Position numbers and translations under genes: made by a program
Shown here: positions 43,905 through 57,060 of the stretch, in pieces
Position numbering within the stretch: the stretch's first letter is position 1
How the letters are laid out: every line of letters starts with the position of its first letter
Source of the DNA: Tubulanus polymorphus
Lineage: Eukaryota; Animalia; Nemertea
Reading direction: 5' to 3'
Assembly: GCF_964204645.1 (NCBI RefSeq)
Contig: NC_134033.1
Span: forward strand, 4,922,231-4,986,230
DNA length: 64,000 nucleotides
Notes under the pieces: generated by a model
The model's database searches: none
Told to the model about the DNA's origin: nothing
Seen by the model: only the letters and a program-made list of their open reading frames with translations

Positions 43905-44250
43905 GATTCAATTCAATTCTTTATTGATCCTTATTACATTGAAATTCCGGGATAAAATTCCCAAATTCAATAAATACAAATTTTAAAATAAATTAATACA
44001 ACATACATGACACACGGGTAATTCATACAGAACAACATAAGCATGTTATTTTAAATGACAATGTCTACTTCAACCCACCCAGACTCAAGACTCTAGGATA
44101 TCGAGTGACAGCCAAACCCGTGGCCCGGGCCGGCTGGCTAGGCCACACGATATGCTCGAAGTCATGATGAAGCAGACATCAGAAGAGCTCTTTCTTCATC
44201 CATGGAGGCAATGAAGTTGCAGACCAGCTTAGAGGCATAAGTAAATGAAG
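43905..44250 (-). mobile_element. Possible 3' end of a non-LTR element
   Basis: The minus strand ends aataaagaattgaattgaatc (poly-A signal plus short-repeat tail) after a short ORF2-end-like frame (SKLVCNFIASMDEER). Weak. Confidence 0.35.
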
Positions 44251-44722
44251 TCGGTCGCAAGTTCGCGATCAATTATTGAGAATTTTCAATAAAAAAATTT
44301 AAACCACTACTAGAGTCGAAGACCTATCATCTACCCAATCGCCAAATCTCATCATTCCCCAAATTTCTTAAAACTTCGATTTCAAATTTGCAATTCCACA
44401 TTAGCTTAGCCCAGAAATTCTACATTTTTTCCCCAGGCGTCAAATAATTTTCTAAAATTAATTTTCTTGTTATTCTTATCTATGGTGGCTGATTCGTATG
44501 GTGGCTGATAAGGGTCATAGCGTAAGATTCCTGGTTTTGTATAATTGTACGTTCTTCTAGATAGTAGAAAGGTAAACCACTTTGCCTGTGGCGAATTATT
44601 TTTGTACTTCTAGAGTAATCTGGGATTAAATGTGTATTCATTGTTGTGTGACGATTTAACTTTAAGAACAAAATCTTTACATCGATAAGAACCGGGAATC
44701 AAAACCGGCAGTAACGAATTAT

Positions 44723-45658
44723 TTACTTAATGCAGGCGAATTTCGAACAGAAATATACGCGAATTTCTCGTCCTAGTAAAAGATACATGTAAAAGTTAAT
44801 TGAATAATTGCTCAAAAGTAATTGACTAAATATATCTAAAAGAAATTGCTTTTGATACGCCGAGATTGGCAGTAATACAGTTATTGTAGACGGCATCGTA
44901 AGTAAATATAGCGAATGCGATTGAAACTGTTACAAGCATTATTGTTGTTCGTTTTGATTTTGTAGTTTTGTGATCGGACAAACGCATTGGACCTCTGACT
45001 AACTGAACTATTATAACAATACTTGATATGATGATCACTGTTAATGCAACAAGATACACGAATATAGTTAATATAAGAAAATAGATGATGTGGTCTGATA
45101 ACTCGTAATAACATCCAGAAATCTGGCCGGAGAACTGCATGATTACTGTTGGTTGAATACCTGTTACCAATGCGTTCATTACGAAAATGATAACAATCAT
45201 GTATCGGGCGAATCTCGGTGTACATATCAAACGAGCCGTGAACGGAAAGAGCACAACTGCCGCACGTTCTAGAAATATCGCTACTATTAACCACGAACTG
45301 TTAGAGGCCATAAATGATATCAAACATTCATAGATTTTTCAAGTTATCAATGAATTCAACGACCGCTGTTCACGTGCACCAGAAAATATTGCAATACAGG
45401 CATCAGTGTAGAATTGGTACAAAACGTAAAATCACTGATAGACAAAACCAACAGATAGTTGGCGTAAGAAAAACAGCGGAATCTACGACTTATCATTATC
45501 AGGAAAGTAGTTGCGTTTCCAAAGGCACCCAGCAGAAACAAGATGAGCAAAATGACCATAGATCCCGTTCGATTCGCACCCGACTTGTTTGCAGTAGACA
45601 TCAGAACGATGTTACTGTTATATGGTCGGCCGACATTCTGAACCTCTGTAGAATTCAT
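44723..45658 (-). pseudogene. Full-length intronless class A GPCR pseudogene, paralogue of 12957-13800
   Basis: MNST N-terminus; GAFGNATTFLIMISRRFR..SYANYL; SNSSWLIVAIFLERAAVVLFPFT; KTTKSKRTTIMLVTVS; LSNYSINFYMYLLLGREIR. Several frameshifts. Confidence 0.88.
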
Positions 45659-46179
45659 AATCGATTTATTCAGTGTATTGTGTTAAGACTTTCCGTCAAC
45701 TCGCGTGAATGGTTGCTTCCTAAGTGAAAGCAGTAGGCCTTTAAATAAGATTAAGTCTCATTTGTAATGGCTCTATTCAACCTTAGTTCGAATTGAAATC
45801 ATGTCCAATTTATTTTGTCTACGAAGTTAAAATTAATATTCTCAGAAATTCTACATATCAGAATTGTGCAAGTTTTAGTGCAAATTTGATTAAAATTCGT
45901 TTCAAGCCGAATGATAGATTCAATTTTCAAGTGAATGCTATATCCGTTCCAAATGTCAGGCCCGTAGCCACGGCGGGTTCGATCGCTGGAGCGAACGCCC
46001 CTTTTAGGAAAGAGTCCTTCATAATTTCATCAGAATAATCTGTTTCATTCAAATTGTGACATGTTCTGGTAACATATCAAACACGAATGTCCTAGTATCC
46101 GTTATTGAAAGACAATATGATGCGTATGACCCAAGCTCGAGTGCGAGTAAAATATTCACCAGATGCTTAGGGGATAGTT

Positions 46180-46979
46180 GTTGATCAACGAGCTAAACAT
46201 ACCCGCCAAACATTTAGGAGCTCGTTTATTCATTAACATAGATAGATCGTGACATACAGCCTGAATAAACTGATCTCCGATAACCGAATTTCATCAAAAT
46301 CTGTATTAGTACTCGACAATTAAATCCATCAGGTTGCATAATTTTCGAGCCGAACTGAAAATTGTGTGAATGATTCTCCAGTCTGAGGTCTTTCATCTCT
46401 TAATTTATTACGAACCCCTCTTCGGTTAGAGCAAACCTTTTAAGTAAGACTAATTTCAACACTTCGAAATCATTGATCTCAGTCGACGGCAATCGAAATT
46501 CAATTGCTAACACTTTACCTGTCAAAAGTGCTCTTAGATGTGTCGACCACATGGCTTTATCCCACTTTGGCAATTAGCATGACGTTCGAATAACGAGTTG
46601 ATACGCGTCAATATCATCATTTCGTTCATCCAAATGGTGTAATTTGTGATTTTTACTCTTTTTTTATACATTTTTACTTCTAAAACCTTGAGCTCGTGTT
46701 CACTTTCTAAACTACGTTCTTGCCTATCTTACGACTGCAATTCACTTTCAATTCAATTCAAATCAATGTTTATTTGCATAGAAGAAGTAACCATATCAGA
46801 TCTACGGTGTTGTCATATCGAGGAAGCACGCATTCGCGGAATTTTCCAAAGCCACGGAATTTCGTCACTTTCATTAAGAAACCGTATTTTCCAGGGATAC
46901 CTGGTGTCGGACTAGGCACCGAACCAATCGATGAGTTCGCTTCGAATCCCACTACTTGCACGGCGATTTTATCTGACAT
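46180..46979 (-). mobile_element. Ty3/gypsy gag relic (SCAN-domain-related capsid type)
   Basis: Across frameshifts it reads ERSLESEHELKVLEV...DERNDDIDAY..FERHA..KWDKAMWSTHLRALLTGK...DFEVLK..LLKRFALTEEGF..K.R..RP.TGESFTQFSVRLENY...DQFIQ, the pattern of Gmr1-like/SCAN-type gypsy Gag. Confidence 0.72.
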
Positions 46980-49900
46980 TGTCTCTGGGTGCCAGGTACC
47001 ACCTGCACTAGCAGTCAGAATCTAGTAGGAAAAGATGATCGGCACCAGGGCAAACATCGGTTATCTAAGTTAATCAACTTCATGCGATCTTAGTAGAACA
47101 GAATATCAGTTCGGGGATTCGGCACTTAGGGGATTCATTCAATTTCCTATTATCCTGTCTTCTTGGACTGGCCATTGACAATGGGAGAATCAAAGAGAAT
47201 CATAGAACAAATATAACTGCAAAGCAGCGACAACGGGTTTAAATATCGCACAAGGGAGCGCACAAATATTTCACCGAAATAATTCCTATCAGTTTATAAC
47301 TTAAAACTATTTTGAAGGAGCGCGACACATATCCGGGATATGTGGATCCAATAGGGCTACCACGTAAAAAGTACTGATTCACCTTGTTTGGTGATTTCAT
47401 AGTTCCGTTGGGAGTTGCATAAACTAATCATTCCCGTTGGCATAGGACACTTATGTGTATTTGTACTTATAACGCGTTCTCAAATGTTTTGATACTTTCT
47501 CAGTTTGTATCAAAAATATTGCCGATTTTTGGTCCTTAAGTCCTGAAAAATGATAAATTTACAGTTTAAAATCGTACAAACGTGTCATCTATACCTCAAA
47601 ACACTTTATTTCCTGACCAATTTATGATGTTATGTGTGGGCCATAGACCTCAATATCTGCCTGTGATCTCAACTTTCAATTAAGATTACGTAAGCTACTC
47701 GTGCCCAAAACGCGGCAGGCGCACAATAGAAAGTTACGCGCAGGGTACTTTTGGGAGGTTTAAACCTCCCAAGGTCAATTTACTAAAATTGTGACCTTCA
47801 GGGAGATTCTACGAAAGGCCGATCGTTATCAATTTTGGTTGAACTTGATACCATAATGCTCGCTGGTTTTAATGTCAAACCATGTAGTCCATATTTGGTA
47901 AGTTGTAAATTACGTAAAACCGAAAGAAAAACCAATTATTGGATCGAGTTTTTCCTGATTACACGAATTACGTGAAATATCTAATAAATGAAATGTATAC
48001 ACAATACCAATAAGAACAACCTGATTTGATTCTGTTCAGAATTCATTCCTATATTTTCGTCATAAAAATCGGAGGCAGTATTTCTCATTGATTTTTTCAA
48101 TAGCGTCATTTCAGCCATGGACTGTAAAAAAACGTTACTGATTCCATGGTTAAGCTCGTTTTCGAGTAAAATATTGCATTTGATTCATTTCTCGTTGTGG
48201 TTTTGTCAAAGCTATATTTTCACAGTCCGATCAGTGATACAAATAGCTAGTCAGTTACCAACGGTATAGCCAATAGTCTACAGAACCACCCGAACAGCGA
48301 AAATTAGCAAATTGTACCAGTGATACCAGTTTTTGTCATGATTTTATCGAACATGTCATTCAATAATCGATGTGATCGGGTAAAAACTCGCCCCGTAAAG
48401 GTCCCTTTCAGTAAAAATCCCCTTGTTAAATATACCCCAAGGTAAAGGCCCCAGGTAAAAAACCCGAATAAAGATTTTTCAGTGTCTAGTTGGATGTTCT
48501 TTTCTTGTTCCTCTGTATACCTGTATACCTTCTCTATCAGATAGAAATGTTGTTAACTGCAACTATCCGTTAATCAAACTGTTGAATTATTTTTGATAAT
48601 CGGGAGTGATGAAAAGTTAGGAATGAAAATTAACGGTTTAGCTACTTATATATAGTTTAAAATCATGTGTTCTGCTTTAACAAATGCACTGTTTTATCTA
48701 AAAATATTATCTGACCCGAGTGCCTCAATCACAGTCCATCTCACTGATTACTTCATCACAAATAATCACCAGCCATTGAAATGTTTAATCCTCATACAAT
48801 ACAATACAATTATCTCAAATCTAAATTTCATGAGATAAATGCCCCTAGATTTCATAGGTTTTATTCCAACTGTTGCGACAGTCATATCAAAACTGGACCA
48901 TTCATATCAATAGACGTTAAACTAGACTGTTAATATATGAAAAGTCTTTAAGGCCATATCATATATCTGAAGTGCGCTATGTTTTGCCTTGCAGTAACAA
49001 TTTGATTTGTCACATGATTACTCCATATCTTCATATAATTTCCAAATAAACGAATACATTTCCATTGTTATGTTAAATGACATCAGCAAAAGCAAATAGA
49101 CACAAACTACTAAACTACTGTGTTTAGGATGGTTTAAGAGATTGGACGCCGATTGATACGAAAAGTAGATTTCATGCAATCATTTTCTTTCTTTAAAAGT
49201 GTTCGACTCTGGACGAACGGTTAATAGAATTTTATCGGGTTAGTCTTTCTATAGCCGACTAGCTATTGAATACCAGTGATTAAGCCATAAGTAAATAAAG
49301 AAGTTACTTGGGATGTTTTGATGACAATGTACAAGTAAAACCAGGCCTATGAGACACCCGTAATGTGTAAAATGATATCATGCAAGATATTCATATAAGC
49401 GTATTTTAGTCCTGATTTGAATGAATGTACCCACATTTTAGGCAATGAATCGAGACTTGGTTTTATCCCATAGCGTCAGCGCTAGTACATGCTTGAGATG
49501 AGATTGTTGGTTTATATTTTGAACTCTGTAAAGAAGTTTTGTACATTGAAGCGTGAATGACGCACTGTGATGAACTATGTACGAAATAACATATTAAATT
49601 CAATGAAAGAATCTTAATGTTCCAAAAGGAATATAAGTGTAGTTAAGATTAATAGTTGTTTTTTTTTCTTAATGAAAACCGATGATATAAAATAATTTAG
49701 CTTATTATCCCCAAAGTAAAAATCCCCCGGTAAAATATTCCCAATATTTGATTTAACTAACATAAAATCAACACAATTTATTATGTTCAAAAAAACTCAA
49801 CTCATAGATTCAAGATTTTATTGCACTTCTATTAACTGAAGATGATAGTAATGATGTATAGATGTATAATATGATGAACGAACGTTTGATGAGGAATAAC

Positions 49901-50394
49901 TACTGTGGTTAGATACAATTCTCATTCTTAGGATACGAATCGGTTGATTGAATTCGGTCGTTGAAACTACTGGCTAATTTACAGTGGTCACTATTGAAAC
50001 GATTAATTGAAGTGCCCTTGAAATCAAGATAGATTCCTGTTGCGTAAATTAACTAATTTTTAAGCGACCACCTTCTATTGTCGGTATTCGGTTAGCTCTT
50101 GGTTAGCCAGAGGTTTTACCATACAGACTCGGACTAGATGATTGAATTAAATCTTTGAATCAAAATATTGTCACTGGAGTAAATATATATTCCTTATTAC
50201 ACTTTCAGCAGTGATCATATTTTACATGTAAATTGAAGGTATTACTGTCATCTAAAGTTAATAAGGGATTAGAATCGCAAAATTTAAGTTGTTCAGAACC
50301 AACATGAAAATGAGAAGAAAATACACAATATCCGTGTATGGTGAATAACGAGACAAATCCCACAATGAATTCAGCTAAAAATCAAATGTTCTAC

Positions 50395-50435
50395 GAGCAA
50401 TGTTTCGGCTAATGCTATTAGCCATCATCAGGCCC
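50395..50435 (-). ncRNA. Minimal type I hammerhead ribozyme motif (Penelope-like)
   Basis: Minus strand GGGC-CUGAUGA-U-GGCUAAU-AGC-AUUAGCC-GAAA-C-AUU-GCUC: intact core boxes, perfect 7-bp stem II, 4-bp stem I, minimal stem III, AUU cleavage triplet. Confidence 0.65.
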
Positions 50436-51587
50436 CCGTCAACATGAAAATATTGATACGTAAATCGAATCCATATCATAAGCATACTATACCACAAGTT
50501 AAAAAGAGTTATTTAGTTCGAATTAAAATATAGTATGAATAAGAATATGAAAAGATAGTATGAATAAAAAGTTCATTAATTTCATTTATTCTATGAATTT
50601 ATTTAAAGATTTATTTCATCAAAAGAGATCAATGCACAGTTAAATATATTGCAGTTGTATTGTGGATGAATATGTTTGAATAAATATCGTGCTTTCAAAT
50701 GTTCTTGAAAAATCGCCAAGTGAGGATTTTACCTAGATTTTACCCCAGGCCCTAAATCCAGTAGGTTTATGGCGAAAGGTTAAGATTAGGAATGTATTAG
50801 CAATATGATTTTTTGAAACAGTATTTTGTCTCCCGATGATTTGATTTGCAGGTCAGACTTATTGTTGACCAAAGTTCTTAAAGTGAATCGCTTTAAAGTA
50901 ATAAATATCAATGAAGCAATATCATAAATTTTGAAGTGAGTTATTTTGTAATAATCCAATTTAAGTGCACTCCGATGCATGCTAAATTCTTATAAATTCA
51001 TTTATAAATTCAATTTATACATTTTCCCTCCTCACTTGTAATTCTATATTACTAGTTATTATTATTATTATTAGTTTTACTAATGAACATAACAGTGACT
51101 TGTGCCTAATGTCAATAAGCAGCGATTGGGTGCCGCCTTTCTGTGTTAATCTATCACGAAAGATTTAACTCGATTAGAGCCGCTGAATACGTATTTCTTT
51201 GCAGCCTAGAGTTTATGCATACATGTTCTAAATCAAGACAATATGCTCTATATCAGAGCCTATACTAAAGCATGCACTCATAATTCGTTGAAGAGTCCGA
51301 GGCTTAATTGTGAGAGTTGTTATACAATGAGTAATTAAATGGTGGGATTACAATGGGAGAGATCATTTCATCAACCACATCGTTGCCCCAGGGAGTTAGT
51401 TATATTCGTTATAGCCAAAATACCTTGACCATGGACTCTAAAACGTCCATGACTTGACAGAATATAGAAATTTGCCCAGAAAAAGTTATGCATATTCCAA
51501 CAAAAAAAGAATCAATAAAGACTTATATTATTTGAATTTAAATGAAGAGACGAGTAGTACTTTAAAGGTTAACTATTTATTTCGACG

Positions 51588-51628
51588 CACGAGCTTTCGC
51601 TTCTGATGTATAGAAGCTTCAATGAGTG
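51588..51628 (-). other. Degenerate Penelope-type hammerhead motif
   Basis: cac-tcattga-a-GCTTCT-loop-AGAAGC-GAAA-gc-tc-gtg followed by aataaa. Stem II and GAAA are intact; the CUGAUGA box is mutated. Confidence 0.45.
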
Positions 51629-54323
51629 AATTATTAGAATTGGTACATTTAGTAAATTCCGGAAACAAAACCTAGTCTTAAGAACTACCATTAACCAAGT
51701 TTCAAAGAATTTTGTTCCCTTATGATATTGAATGGTGTGAAATTGAAGTGTCCCTAATGATATATCTTTATGTAAGTTCAACTAACTTACCCAGTTAGTG
51801 ATGATAGTTGAATAATTAACAAAATAATAGTTGGAATATCGTTTAGGACAAATTAGGATTTTACCGGATAAGTTTTTTCCTAATAGGCTACCTTTTTGAA
51901 GAGCATGCATCCTGAGATACGTATACAAAAATTCGTTTGACGCTAAATGCAGAGTTTTCACGGTAGAACATATTTGGACATCAATTAATCACGTGAAGGA
52001 GATGAAATGACAATTTGTCACTGCTGAGCTTATTTTCCTTCACTGAACTTTTTCTAAGTTTTTTCAATATTCTCTAATCCGACATTATATACGCTGCGTA
52101 CTAACTGTACACAATTTCGGGTTTGGGTTGTTTTTGGAAAAAACAGATTCCCAGAAAATTGTAATTTTTGGGTTCTTGAAAACGGTCAATATGTTATAGC
52201 AGGTTAATGTATAAACCGCATAGAATAGCTACAATAAACAAAATGTATCCAGGAAAATATATATTTCAGAACACGATCGATTTCACTGAATTTAGCCTCA
52301 TCATGTAGGATAAAATGAACTTCTGTTGATATTGCGATTGTGCTGTCGTTAGCTGTCGCATAGCTTATTCGAATCGCTATCGAAAGTAACAAAACAATGG
52401 TCACATGTGTCAATGAACTTATCGCTATTCGAAGTAATGTGCGTATTGAAAAATTTCACAAGCACGAAATATTAAGCCAATCTATTCTAATTCATACCTG
52501 GTCGTGTTATAAGCAATTCAAGCGTTTAGTTTGTACTTTAAAATAGAATGAAAAAGATTTATTGATGAAATACAAAACAAGTCAAACAAACTCAACTAAC
52601 TGACTACTGCTGAGTTATTTATATTTGATGAAAGAACATATTCTAGTTACTGACATTGGCTCGCACCTTGATTATTGTCTAAGTTGTACTATAACTTACA
52701 TGCCAATGGATGTTTGCATGCGCCTCTCTGATTGGCTAGAATCCTTGCATTCGATAGAAACTGACGGCATCAGTGAACTAACGGGGAAATTAGAATTGTA
52801 TGTTTGACCACGGATTCTTCGTTTTTGAGTCCATGGTTTTGGCTCTGGTTTTATCGTGAGTTTGATTAACGTACATTGTAGAGAACAATGGTGGGGATTC
52901 GAATAACGTGCATCCTTTATTCAGAAAGAGTATCATTACGTATATACATATAGAAATTAATACAATAACTTTAATCAGAATTATCTCATCACGCAGAACC
53001 AGTGAAATAGCCGTTGTAAAGCCGCAAAGTAAATTGAATGAAATTGACATAATGTCAACGTCTTACGGTCAACAAATGAAACATATTGTACAATAATGAA
53101 CGAATCAATGAGTAGTGCTCACGCATTTGTTTCCATTTCATAAGAATCAATTCCAAACAGATGAATCAGATTCGAATTTTTGCTTCTTCGTTATGCGAAG
53201 TTTTTTTGTTTATATCGGGGACTCTTATATGATTTAGGTTTTAGAGTCCATGGTTATATGAATATCTTATGATTTCTCAACTTTCATCAAATACTTAGGA
53301 ATGCCATTGAAAGATTTTCAAACCATTAAACGTTTGGGTAAAAAGTTCTGCTAAATTTGATTACCATCGGCTTTTTAGATAATCTCCACGAAGGTCACAA
53401 TTTTAGTGATTTGACCTTGGGAGGTTTAAACCTCCCGAATCCAATTCGCGAAATATCGGTCCTCTTTGTCGGCGGTAATGAAAGAATACATAGAGCGAAG
53501 TTTCTATTGTGCGCCGGCCGCATTTTGTTCACCAATAGCTTACGTAATAAATTGAAAGTCGAGATCACAGGCGGATATAGCGCTCTATGGCCCACGCTCA
53601 ATTCATAAACTGGTCCGAAAATAAAGTGTTTAGAAGTATAATTGACACGTTTGTACGATTTTGCGCTGTAAATTTATCATTTTTCAGGACTCAATGACCA
53701 GAAATTGGCAATATTTTTGATACAAACTGAGAAAGTATCAAAACATTTGGGAACGTGTTTTATAACGTGTTTTTGATGTGATGCAGATTTGAAACTGAAC
53801 TAAACCACGTGTATTCAATAAATGCATTCATTTAATCAAATTCCCGCGGCAGATCATGTGTTTATGAGGAGAGAGTGAGCGCTCAGAGTCACTGGACCTC
53901 ACCACCCGCGGATCATTATCCCCCCAGTACAGCGTCATACCTACCTCCTAGTGGTGGAGAATATCCATCCTATAACCTATGATCATCCGCCATTTTACGA
54001 GGAAGCCATGAGTGGCATGTGAACTCTTCAAACTTGAAAGAAGTGAATTAAATCATAGTTCAAACTCGTGTTAAGTCATTTCATTTGGATAAGTTGTTAC
54101 AGTTACATTGAAGAAGTCATCTTGTGACTGTGAGTCCCAATTTGTAGGCCTATTCTTAATTCAATTAATTTGAAGTCATAATTTGGTTGAGTTGATCGTC
54201 ACAATTATAACGACTTCAAAAGTGAATTTTAAAACTTTTTAATTTAATCTTATTAACAACGAGAGGGTTGTGAAATTGGAGGAACTGACTCCGCAAAATT
54301 ACAATAGACATAGACCTACCTAC

Positions 54324-54844
54324 CTAGAGTCGCCGTGACAAAAATAAAACAGTACGAAATGGCTTCAAAATGATGACTTAAAAAGTTCGTAGCCACTATA
54401 ATCTAAATATAGAATAATTGTAATAAATTGTTGAATCTAATTCTGTTTAATGAAATGAATTTCTATGTTTGCAATACAACACTGGTGTTCACTGGTACGA
54501 AGAACAACCGCTCCTATTACGAGATTATATGAAATTGAGAGGAAACCTCAAAATAACAAGAAACGAGTGATTTGAATCATCAATTAAAAAAACGCGTCTT
54601 ATATACCCGAGAAATATCGACATCAAAACAAACAGCGCGCGCCTTAAATCAGCTCAAATATCAATAAATTAATTCAATCAAATAAAATAGAAACCCACGT
54701 ACCACGGGAATAGGGCAGGGTGGGGTGGGGTGGGTGCTGTCTGAACCTGAAACCAGTTGTACGTAAGTAAATGTCATTTGTATTTTATAAGAAGTAGAGT
54801 TCAGTACTGTTCAACTCTTCATCTTACTCAAATATCACACTTAA
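54324..54844 (+). repeat. Partner of the duplicated block 17746-18272
   Basis: Direct colinear similarity. Confidence 0.9.
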
Positions 54845-56268
54845 TGAATGAATGGAGTTGTAGTTTTAATTACGGCAAATATCACGTGATAGCACAAGAA
54901 TGCACTTAAAATGGCAACAAAAATCCTCAAAACTTCCCCCTTTGGGCTTCACGCCTGATGTGTTCGTTATTATATCTTTTTTCTTCTACGCGCGCCGAAC
55001 AGTTTATTTGTCGTCAATCGGCCTGTGTTAGCCTCGCTATGTGTATACATCACTGCTGTCTCTAGCCCCCTACATGTGCTAACTCGAGGTATTCCCGAAA
55101 GTACAGCATCTTCGCATTACCGGTAATTTTCCTGAAGAAAATCCCTCACTCGCAATGCTTTCAAAAAATAAAATCCGGGCTAGCGACTGACAGACCCTGC
55201 ACAGACAACCCTTTCGATCCTCTCCAGTGTAAACCACGAACTGCGCAATTTCTATGTACTACTTACGAATGTATCAGTGTGCGAGCATCTGCGAGGATAG
55301 TGATTGGGATAACACTAATTGCTTGGTAAAGACGACATAGACAATTCACTGACAGGTAGGCCCCTCATGCGCCTCAAAAATTTCCATGATTCATCATTAT
55401 TTTGGAAACCTCACTACAACAAGCTATGATAGTAATAGCTAGGATCATGGATACAGGCAAACGTCGCGTTACAGACAATTTTTTATCGGATTTTCAGTTC
55501 CATATGACACAGCATTATGGGACTATATTCATGGTAGTAGAGATACAATGGGTGTTGTTTGGTGAGCGGCGGGATTTTCGCAAGCGACGATGCCTATATG
55601 GTCTTCGACGATAAACATGATAACAACGAGAACAATACATTTCAAAGATAAAAACTTATGATTTGGAATCAATTACTATTTTTACATTAAATTTTTATTC
55701 AAAAGCACTTTGCTTTTTCAGTTTGGGATGGCTTTTTGTCGCCAGTTTATGCTGCATTCATCATCGATCAGAATGAATAAAAACAGTCGATTAACATCCA
55801 TTGAGTTTATTAAGGAACTTGGTCAGGGTTGTTTTTATTCTAATATTAGATAAATTACATATTTGGATGCAAATGTCTTAAATAGAAGAATATGAAACGT
55901 GGTTTTTTGTATTGTAGGTGGCGCTACCGGAAAACTTTAGAAATTACCTTGTAAAATAGTACTTGTTCAATGATTACAGATGCTGAACTGATATTATAAA
56001 TTGCACTCAACTTTTAAGAACACGAGAGAGGTCACCTGTCTTAGAAAAAACTAAACAATTGACTATAATTCATTAAAGAATATAACTGAAACCAGTTTAT
56101 TGATTATCAAGTTGCGATTGTTTCGAATTCTAAACTCTAAATCTCGACTCTACCCCCACTCACTCCACTAGTTACATATATCATTACACGGACGTGCGGG
56201 TAATTACTGTCAGACATCACGTGATCAAACAGATAAAACGTGTTCACTGACCACAACTGGATTATCAA

Positions 56269-57060
56269 TGATAAAAATGAAAAAAATGCATTTTCAAAAT
56301 TTGTACGGTTATTGAAGAATGGTCGGCGAAATTTTGAATGGTCGGCGATATTTTCAAACCTTAATCGTGTGCGAGGTAGAAACGATAAATAAAGAAACTT
56401 TAAGATTTGAATTTGTGGTTTAAAGTTATTGGCATCGGTCATAGTCCGTTAGAAAATTTTTCGATGATAGATTTTGATCCCGTTTCGATCAAAGTTAAAT
56501 AATGATCTTCCACGCATTTAGTTGGTATTTTTATACGCTATCAGTGGAATAGTGTTTCTTCAAAATGATCCCGCCGAACAAGTCCTAACACGCCACATTC
56601 AGATAGATACATGCGCTTCACTCAGTTATAATATTGACTGAAGAGTGAATTGTCGAAACAGATATTGACGAAGTGTTTTACAGAGACGCAGAATATTTTG
56701 CAGTAACGGCAGAAAATATTACCGATGAAAAACTGGCCGCAGTTCGGGAGCAACATTAAATATATTTTTAGCGAAATAATTGCGCATGATTATAAACACG
56801 ATATAGTGAAAGACGTCTAAATTTAGAAACCGCGGTAATTACAGCGAAACCGAGAACAGATGAAAGTTTCACAAATACGAGACTGGTGCCAGTTTGATGG
56901 GAGATTTTTTTTTTACAAAATAATTGAACTCTGATCAATTCGCCAAATTCTGACATTCTGACAACTCGTCATTACTTTGCAGCGACTCTTATGAGAAATG
57001 TCGCGCAAACTTGGAAATAGATGTAAATGTGTTTGTCTTGAAGCGTGAATTGTGTTCAAT
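56269..57060 (+). repeat. Upstream region of copy D, homologous to positions 1-773 upstream of copy A
   Basis: Colinear similarity from tgataaaaatgaaaaaaatgcatttt to the start codon; probably extends beyond the left window edge for copy A. Confidence 0.9.

Larger units (their letters stand above)
47467..53765. mobile_element. About 6.3-kb segment bounded by about 390-bp diverged inverted repeats (possible old large TIR element)
   Basis: 47467-47850 is the reverse complement of 53340-53765 (e.g. tgttttgatactttctcagtttgtatcaaaaatattgcc is nearly exact; the palindrome gggaggtttaaacctccc is in both). The outer ends are TA-rich (ttataa). The interior is AT-rich with no long ORF. Confidence 0.6.

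Noticed and set aside
52204-53050. Short hydrophobic minus-strand ORFs resembling signal or TM peptides
   Set aside because: Non-ATG or weak starts in AT-rich DNA; no consistent splice model could be built.
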